Assembly (NCBI RefSeq): GCF_009734345.1
Contig: NZ_CP032551.1
Location: forward strand, 300,001-332,000
Reading direction: 5' to 3'
DNA from: Pseudidiomarina andamanensis
Lineage (GTDB): Bacteria; Pseudomonadota; Gammaproteobacteria; Enterobacterales; Alteromonadaceae
Length of the DNA: 32,000 nt
Under the pieces are notes generated by a model. It was not told where the DNA came from and ran no database searches. It saw only the letters and a list, made by a program, of their open reading frames with translations. The position numbers and the translations under genes are program-made. Positions 27,161 through 32,000 of the stretch are shown here, in pieces. The first letter of the stretch is position 1, and the number at the start of each line of letters is the position of its first letter.

Positions 27161-27685
27161 ATGGTCTACCTGGTGGAGCTCTGGGAATCTATCAGGGATT
27201 TTCTGGGTACCGGTGGCGACGTCTTGTACGTCGTCATGGGGGCGCTCTTTCTCATGTGGGTTCTCATGATTGAGCGTTATTGGTTCCTGACCGGCGTATT
27301 CCCTAAGCTGAAGAAACAAATCATCAGCGACTGGGATGCCCGGAAAGATACCACCTCATGGTACGCTCACAAAATCCGTGATGCATGGATTTCTGAAGCC
27401 GACGAAAAACTAAATGCGCGTATTTTGTTGATCAAAACCTGCGTAGCGATTTGTCCGTTAATCGGACTACTAGGTACCGTAACGGGTATGATTGCAGTAT
27501 TTGAAATCATGGCTGTACAAGGTACCGGTAACCCACGCTTGATGGCGTCGGGTATTTCGATGGCAACAATCCCGACAATGGCGGGCATGGTTGCAGCATT
27601 GTCAGGTATGTTCTTCGCCTCTCGCTTAGAAGCACGGGTGCGTCGAGCGAAAGAAAGATTGATCGACAGTTTGCCACATCATTAA
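27161..27685 (+). CDS. exbB: ExbB (MotA/TolQ/ExbB proton channel), TonB2-type
   Basis: The ATG at 27161 is preceded by GAAGGAG. The upstream extension in the ORF track overlaps ttpC. Channel motifs CPLIGLLGTVTGMIAVFEIM and ISMATIPTMAGMVAAL are present. Confidence 0.88.
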   Translation: MVYLVELWESIRDFLGTGGDVLYVVMGALFLMWVLMIERYWFLTGVFPKLKKQIISDWDARKDTTSWYAHKIRDAWISEADEKLNARILLIKTCVAICPLIGLLGTVTGMIAVFEIMAVQGTGNPRLMASGISMATIPTMAGMVAALSGMFFASRLEARVRRAKERLIDSLPHH

Positions 27686-27697
27686 GAGAGAAGAATT

Positions 27698-28099
27698 ATG
27701 GCACGTAAACGTTTTCGTGAAGAGGAAGATGCAGCGATCGATATGACGCCGATGCTCGACATCGTATTCATCATGTTGATCTTCTTCATCGTAACCACCT
27801 CTTTCGTTAAAGAAGCTGGTATTGACGTGAACAAGCCAGAAGCGAGTCAGGCGGAGAAGAAACCTTCTGCCAACATCTTTATCGCAATTCGTGCGAATGG
27901 CGAAGTTTGGATGGACAAGCGTATGGTTGATGTAGAGCGTGTAGGCGCGAACATCGAACGTCTATTGGCAGAACAGCCAACTGATATCGTAGTGATTCAG
28001 GCGGACAAAGAAGCCAAGCATGGTGTTGTCGTAAAAGTCATGGATCAAATTAAGGAAGCGGGTATTGACAAGATATCCATAGCCGCAGAGGACGATTAA
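27698..28099 (+). CDS. exbD: ExbD/TolR biopolymer transport protein
   Basis: 133 aa. DMTPMLDIVFIMLIFFIV contains the conserved TM Asp, followed by a periplasmic domain. It lies between exbB and tonB. Confidence 0.9.
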   Translation: MARKRFREEEDAAIDMTPMLDIVFIMLIFFIVTTSFVKEAGIDVNKPEASQAEKKPSANIFIAIRANGEVWMDKRMVDVERVGANIERLLAEQPTDIVVIQADKEAKHGVVVKVMDQIKEAGIDKISIAAEDD

Positions 28100-28100
28100 T

Positions 28101-28712
28101 ATGGTGCGCTTTATAGTATCAATACTATTAGGTGCTGCAGCTACGTTCCTTCTGTTCGCTTTCATGGCTTTTTTGATTAGCGGCGGTGAGGGACGTAACG
28201 AAGGTCCACCACCGACTGCACCGATCGAACTTGTAACAACGCCACCGGATTCGGATGTGGATCAGCGTCGCCGTACGCCACCACCACCTCCGCCTCCGCC
28301 TCAGCAACCGCCTGAGACTCCGCCAAACGAGCCTGATACTTCAGACTCAGATGGTATGAATCTCGACTTAGGTTTTGAGGTAGATGTTGGTGGTACCGAT
28401 ACAGGCTTGAACGCTGGCGGTTTGATGGTTCGCGACGGTGAAGCAACACCTATCGTTCGTATCAACCCACGCTATCCGCCTGCAGCGGCACGTGACGGTA
28501 TTCAAGGTTGGGTGCAATTGCGCTTTACAATCGACGAAACCGGCGGTGTAACTGACGTTGAAGTTATCGACTCAGAGCCACGTCGTGTGTTTGACCAAGA
28601 AGCTCGTCGCGCATTATTGCGTTGGAAGTACAAGCCGAAGGTTGTTGACGGTAAAGCTGTACGCCAGCCAGGTCAGACGGTCCAGCTCGACTTTACGTTG
28701 GATATGGAGTAA
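28101..28712 (+). CDS. tonB: TonB energy transducer (TonB2-type)
   Basis: N-terminal TM anchor, a Pro-rich spacer (RRRTPPPPPPPPQQPPETPPNEP), and a C-terminal TonB domain (YPPAAARDGIQGWVQLRFTIDETGGVTDVEVIDSEP..FDQEARRALLRWKYKP). Confidence 0.92.
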   Translation: MVRFIVSILLGAAATFLLFAFMAFLISGGEGRNEGPPPTAPIELVTTPPDSDVDQRRRTPPPPPPPPQQPPETPPNEPDTSDSDGMNLDLGFEVDVGGTDTGLNAGGLMVRDGEATPIVRINPRYPPAAARDGIQGWVQLRFTIDETGGVTDVEVIDSEPRRVFDQEARRALLRWKYKPKVVDGKAVRQPGQTVQLDFTLDME

Positions 28713-28715
28713 TAG

Positions 28716-30023
28716 ATGATGCACAAAAAACTCACAACATTAATTAGTGCGAGTGTATTGTGTACTGTGATGGCAGCCGCACCAGCGCCTGCCGCCTCAC
28801 AAGAAATCAATTACAACTTGCCATCGGCTGAACAAGTCGAAGCTGCCAAGCAAAGCCGCCGCAATCAGACGGTTAGCGAGCGTGTTGGCCGTCGTTTGAT
28901 GACTGCATTGGACTTATATACCGAAGAAGAAGACACTAAAGGTGCTATCGCTATTTTGGTGGAAATTGACCCAAGTAGTGAATTTGATACCGCTTATGTG
29001 AATCGTTTTCTCGGTAATCTCTATGCAGCGGACGGTCAAGAGCGTAAAGCATTTGATTTGGTCAAACGTGCAGCTGATGCTGATGTTCTAGGTCATGGCG
29101 ACCAAGCATTGGTGTTGAAGTTAACTGCAGACCTAGCATTGCAGCTTGAAGAATACCGTACTGCACTAACCTACTACGGTAAGTGGTTACAGTTTACTGG
29201 TGAAGCTGATCCAGATGTGTTTTTGCGAATTGCGAATGCTTTTTATGAGTTGAAGCAATTTGACAAAATTGTTCGCCCAGCAGATTTAGCAATTCAAGCT
29301 TATGAAGCTGAAGGTGAAGTCAACAAAAACCCATATGTGTTAAAAGTTGCAGCTTACTACGAGACTGAGCAGTACAAAGAAGCAATTAAAGTACTTGAAG
29401 TCGGTTTGAATAAACTACCTACTGAGAAAGTATGGTGGAGTCAGTTAGGCATGCTTTATATGCTGACTGAGAATATCGACAAAGCGTTACAAACGTTAGA
29501 AATTGCGTATCTTGCAGGTTATTTGGACAAAGAAAGCCAGATTAAGGCGATGATCCAACTGTTTGCTAACTCGCAAATTCCATACAAAGCAGCCACTCTT
29601 ATGGTTAAGCATTTAAATGCTGGCGATATTGAGAAAACTGCTCGTAACTACCAAAGTGCGGCAAGTAGCTTCGAGCAAGCTCGTGAATATGCTAAAGCAG
29701 CAGAAATGTACGGTTTATCAGCGAATCTCCAAGAGACTCAAGCTGACAAGGCCGAGTTCTTCCGTCGTCAAGGTAACGCTTACCTTCGCGCAGAACAGTA
29801 CATGAAAGCAGCTGACGCTTATATGAAAGCTTTAGACCAAGGTATTGAAGAGCCAGGTCGTGTATATATGTCTTTAACGGAAGCTTATTTCTATGAAAAC
29901 AATTTCCGTGAAGCATTGAAATATGTACAAGAAGCGAAGAAACATCGTGACCAGCGTCGCAATGCGGCAAGTTGGGAACAGTATATTCGCCAAAAAGCTT
30001 CTAATCGCGGCGTTTCACTGTAA
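28716..30023 (+). CDS. TPR-repeat periplasmic protein (TtpD-like last gene of the TonB2-type operon)
   Basis: Signal peptide followed by multiple TPR-like helical repeats. It occupies the terminal position in the operon, as in Vibrio TonB2 clusters. Confidence 0.7.
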   Translation: MMHKKLTTLISASVLCTVMAAAPAPAASQEINYNLPSAEQVEAAKQSRRNQTVSERVGRRLMTALDLYTEEEDTKGAIAILVEIDPSSEFDTAYVNRFLGNLYAADGQERKAFDLVKRAADADVLGHGDQALVLKLTADLALQLEEYRTALTYYGKWLQFTGEADPDVFLRIANAFYELKQFDKIVRPADLAIQAYEAEGEVNKNPYVLKVAAYYETEQYKEAIKVLEVGLNKLPTEKVWWSQLGMLYMLTENIDKALQTLEIAYLAGYLDKESQIKAMIQLFANSQIPYKAATLMVKHLNAGDIEKTARNYQSAASSFEQAREYAKAAEMYGLSANLQETQADKAEFFRRQGNAYLRAEQYMKAADAYMKALDQGIEEPGRVYMSLTEAYFYENNFREALKYVQEAKKHRDQRRNAASWEQYIRQKASNRGVSL

Positions 30024-30054
30024 TCTGATTACAGAGCATTGTTAAATATTGAGT

Positions 30055-30083
30055 AAAACCCCGCTTTTTAGCGGGGTTTTTTT
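30055..30083 (+). terminator. Rho-independent terminator after the TonB2-type operon
   Basis: aaaaccccgc / gcggggtttt stem with a 6 nt loop and a 7-T run. Confidence 0.88.
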
Positions 30084-30098
30084 GTTTCTCTTGAACTA

Positions 30099-30127
30099 TT
30101 GTTATAGAAGACATGTCGAATTAAAAA
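30099..30127 (+). promoter_or_regulatory. Candidate sigma70 promoter for the Cys-Gly repeat peptide operon
   Basis: TTGTTA (30099-30104), 17 bp spacer, TAAAAA (30122-30127), about 43 nt upstream of the ATG at 30170. Hexamer match only. Confidence 0.2.
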
Positions 30128-30169
30128 ATGCTAGTCTATTGATCGAGAACAACATAAGAGGAATTCTCC

Positions 30170-30514
30170 ATGAAAGCGATGAAAAAATCAGTTTCAGTAG
30201 CAGTGGGTGCATTATTAGTAAGTGCAGCGGGTGTAACAGCTTCTGCGAATCCATTTGGTTTTACTGAGTTACCTGGTGGCTATCAGCAAGAGCAGCAACA
30301 GCAACAGAAGCAAGAAATGCGTTGCGGCGGAAACAAAGATGCCAAGAAAGCCAAAGAAGGCAAATGTGGCGAAGGCAAGTGCGGTGAAGGCAAATGTGGT
30401 GGCGACAAAGCCATGGAAAAAATGGACGAGAAAGCTAAAGAACGCATGAGCGAGAAAGCCAAAGAAGGTAAATGTGGCGAAGGCAAATGTGGCGAAGGGA
30501 AGTGCGGCGCATAG
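30170..30514 (+). CDS. hvfA: Secreted Cys-Gly repeat precursor peptide (HvfA-like RiPP metallophore precursor)
   Basis: RBS AAGAGGA. Sec signal peptide MKAMKKSVSVAVGALLVSAAGVTASA-NP. The mature part is Lys/Glu/Gln-rich with 7 Cys, every one followed by Gly: MRCGG plus two blocks of EGKCGEGKCGEGKCG. It lies directly upstream of, and overlaps, a DUF692 gene. Confidence 0.8.
   Translation: MKAMKKSVSVAVGALLVSAAGVTASANPFGFTELPGGYQQEQQQQQKQEMRCGGNKDAKKAKEGKCGEGKCGEGKCGGDKAMEKMDEKAKERMSEKAKEGKCGEGKCGEGKCGA
30356..30508 (+). repeat. Two blocks of three 15 nt coding repeats (EGKCG x3, spacer, EGKCG x3)
   Basis: Block 1 (30356-30400): gaaggcaaatgtggc gaaggcaagtgcggt gaaggcaaatgtggt. Block 2 (30464-30508): gaaggtaaatgtggc gaaggcaaatgtggc gaagggaagtgcggc. 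All differences are synonymous third-base changes. Confidence 0.95.
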
Positions 30515-31314
30515 TTGGTTTAGGATTACGACGGGAGTTCTTAGCGGACGTTTTGCAACAGAATCCCGTCGTCGATTTTTGGGAAATCGCACCAGAAAAT
30601 TGGCTCGAGCGTGGCTATGAAGCAACCTATCAGCTTGATCGCCTGCGCGAGCATTACCCGTTGTTTTGCCATGGTCTCTCGCTGTCTATTGGCAGCCCCG
30701 ATCCGTTAGACGAATCTTTTATATTAAAGATTAAAGCATTTCTCGAACGCTTCAATATCGACCGTTATAGCGAACATTTAAGCTATTGCTCGGCAGGCGG
30801 TCATTTGTATGATTTACTGCCTATCCCTTTCAGTGAAGAAGCTGCCGATTATGTTGCACAGCGTGTGAAGCGCGTTCAAGAGCTATTAGAGCGTCCTTTG
30901 ATATTAGAAAATGTTTCGTACTATGCGCCGGCCGCAACGGAACTTAATGAACTTGAGTTCATTAATCGCGTGTTAGAACAAGCCAATTGTGAACTGTTAC
31001 TTGATGTGAATAATGTGTTTGTGAATAGCGTCAACCATCAGTACGACCCAATTCAATTTATCAAGGGATTACCAACTGAGCGCATCAGTTATGGGCATAT
31101 TGCCGGACACTTTGAAGAAGAACCTGACCTGCTCATTGATACGCATGGTGCACCAGTGCGCCCCGAAGTATTAGAGTTACTGGCATTAAGTTATGAGCAT
31201 CATGGCCCATTTCCGGTGTTGTTAGAACGTGACTTCAATATTCCACCTTTAGCCGAGCTATTGAAAGAAATGCAGGCAGTCAAAAATGTAACGCAACAGC
31301 CTGAGGTTGCATGA
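30502..31314 (+). CDS. hvfB: DUF692-family multinuclear non-heme iron oxidative enzyme (MNIO; MbnB/HvfB/BufB-like RiPP maturase)
   Basis: Motifs are as I recall for DUF692 TIM-barrel proteins: VGLGLRREF, DFWEIAPENW, HGLSLSIGS, YSEHLSY, ILENVSYY, LLDVNNVFVNSVNHQYDP, YGHIAGH, LLIDTHGAPV, and PVLLERDFNIP. The likely start is the GTG at 30502 (MRRIVGLGLRRE), which overlaps the precursor stop by 13 nt. The tracked 30472 start only reads through the precursor repeats in another frame. Confidence 0.85.
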   Translation: MRRIVGLGLRREFLADVLQQNPVVDFWEIAPENWLERGYEATYQLDRLREHYPLFCHGLSLSIGSPDPLDESFILKIKAFLERFNIDRYSEHLSYCSAGGHLYDLLPIPFSEEAADYVAQRVKRVQELLERPLILENVSYYAPAATELNELEFINRVLEQANCELLLDVNNVFVNSVNHQYDPIQFIKGLPTERISYGHIAGHFEEEPDLLIDTHGAPVRPEVLELLALSYEHHGPFPVLLERDFNIPPLAELLKEMQAVKNVTQQPEVA

Positions 31315-32000
31315 GTAATTTTCAGCGTATTCAACAACAATGGTCGCAGTGGTTGCGTCAACCGGATAGCGCTGAACGGCCAAATGTCGAAGGGCGACGT
31401 TTAAAGGTGTATCAGCGGTTGGTTCGTAACAACATAGAAAGTTTTATCACAAGAGGCTTTCCGGTGTTGTTCAGCACTCTGACTACAGAGCAGGAACGTG
31501 AAATGCTGCGCGCCTTTGTGGCAACGCATCAATCAAAGTCACCGCTATTTTCGGCGATTGGAGCTGAATTTGTTGAATTTTTAGCGACGTTTGAAGCGCC
31601 ATGGTTACCTGAATGGAGTTATCAACTCGCTGTTTACGAACGTATGGAAGTTGATGTCTATCATTTTGACTTGCCTTGTATTTTACCGCCGCTTGATACC
31701 GAACTAGAGCAAGTTGTTTGGCAAGTAAACCCATCACTGCAGTGGCATGCATTTGATTATCCCGTGCACACCATTCAACCTGACATCATTCCGAGTGAAC
31801 CGCTTGAGCAGCCATGTTATTTGGCGGTATATCGCGTTGATGACATCGGCAATGATAATTTCACGTCCGCGGTCAAATTTCTGCAACTTAATGCTGTTAC
31901 CATGATGCTTGTCGATTATTTGATTCAGCGTCCTCATCTTACACTGCTGGCAATTGCTGAACATCTAGCCGGTCAGTTACCACAATTTTCGCCAGAACAA
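31311..32000 (+). CDS. hvfC: DUF2063-family RiPP maturation partner (MbnC/HvfC/BufC-like), C-terminus beyond the window
   Basis: Absent from the ORF track because it is open at the window end. There is an ATGA overlap with the DUF692 stop. The 230 codons have no stop: MSNFQRIQQQWSQWLRQPDSAERPNVEGRRLKVYQRLVRNNIESFITRGFPVLFSTL..LRAFVATHQSKSPLFSAIGAEFVEFL. The pattern (R..VY..LV..N....L...FP ... H.S.SP....G..F..FL) fits DUF2063 proteins, which partner with DUF692 enzymes. Confidence 0.75.
   Translation, partial: MSNFQRIQQQWSQWLRQPDSAERPNVEGRRLKVYQRLVRNNIESFITRGFPVLFSTLTTEQEREMLRAFVATHQSKSPLFSAIGAEFVEFLATFEAPWLPEWSYQLAVYERMEVDVYHFDLPCILPPLDTELEQVVWQVNPSLQWHAFDYPVHTIQPDIIPSEPLEQPCYLAVYRVDDIGNDNFTSAVKFLQLNAVTMMLVDYLIQRPHLTLLAIAEHLAGQLPQFSPEQ

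Noticed and set aside
28252-28330. A CCN-rich low-complexity DNA tract.
   Set aside because: It encodes the normal proline-rich spacer of TonB (PPPPPPPPQQPPETPP). It is not an independent repeat element.
30356-30508. Short regularly spaced direct repeats that might suggest a CRISPR or other non-coding array.
   Set aside because: The units are 15 nt, contiguous and without spacers. They are in frame inside a CDS and differ only at synonymous positions, so they are coding pentapeptide repeats.
30049-30625. Four additional ORFs across the Cys-Gly peptide gene: 30049-30267 (+), 30255-30449 (+), 30269-30625 (-) and 30283-30486 (-).
   Set aside because: They are alternative-frame or antisense readings of the same low-complexity repeat DNA. 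Only the 30170 frame has an RBS, a signal peptide, strictly synonymous repeat variation and the expected context upstream of a DUF692 gene.

Overview
This 32 kb window looks like a chromosomal segment of a marine gammaproteobacterium. The gene order resembles Alteromonadales, Vibrio and enterobacteria, but the taxon cannot be fixed from sequence alone. Most of it is densely packed core housekeeping. I saw no tRNA, rRNA, CRISPR array, transposase, integrase or phage genes.

Gene content, in order:
- Divergent lolB, then hemA-prfA-prmC-(response regulator)-sirB2-sirB1-(DUF819)-kdsA.
- A TetR regulator plus fadE, convergent ettA, then glyA-nrdR-ribD-ribB(A).
- A tightly overlapped minus-strand block, rlmG-ppiA-ampG-panE.
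- A FabH-like KAS III plus an enoyl-CoA hydratase.
- The 4.5S/SRP RNA (ffs), which a spurious ORF in the track hides.
- kynA and a short PriC-like ORF.
- A six-gene TonB2-type energy-transduction operon: DUF3450, ttpC, exbB, exbD, tonB and a TPR gene.

Notable observations:
- **RiPP cluster at the 3' end (30170 to window end).** A Sec-signal peptide carries six EGKCG pentapeptide repeats and 7 Cys, every one in a Cys-Gly pair. It is translationally coupled to a DUF692 (MNIO) enzyme and a DUF2063 partner. This is the architecture of methanobactin-like, HvfABC and bufferin-type Cys-modified RiPP metallophores. This locus is the best candidate for an uncharacterised system in the window.
- **Dispersed intergenic repeat family.** Three copies are present. 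Each is built from tandem CGAATAA/TTATTCG heptamers arranged as inverted arms.
- **Smaller items.** The GTP-cyclohydrolase-II half of RibBA is degenerate (RibBX-like). An orphan receiver protein and a DUF819 gene are inserted into an otherwise conserved block. There are several candidate operators and hairpins.
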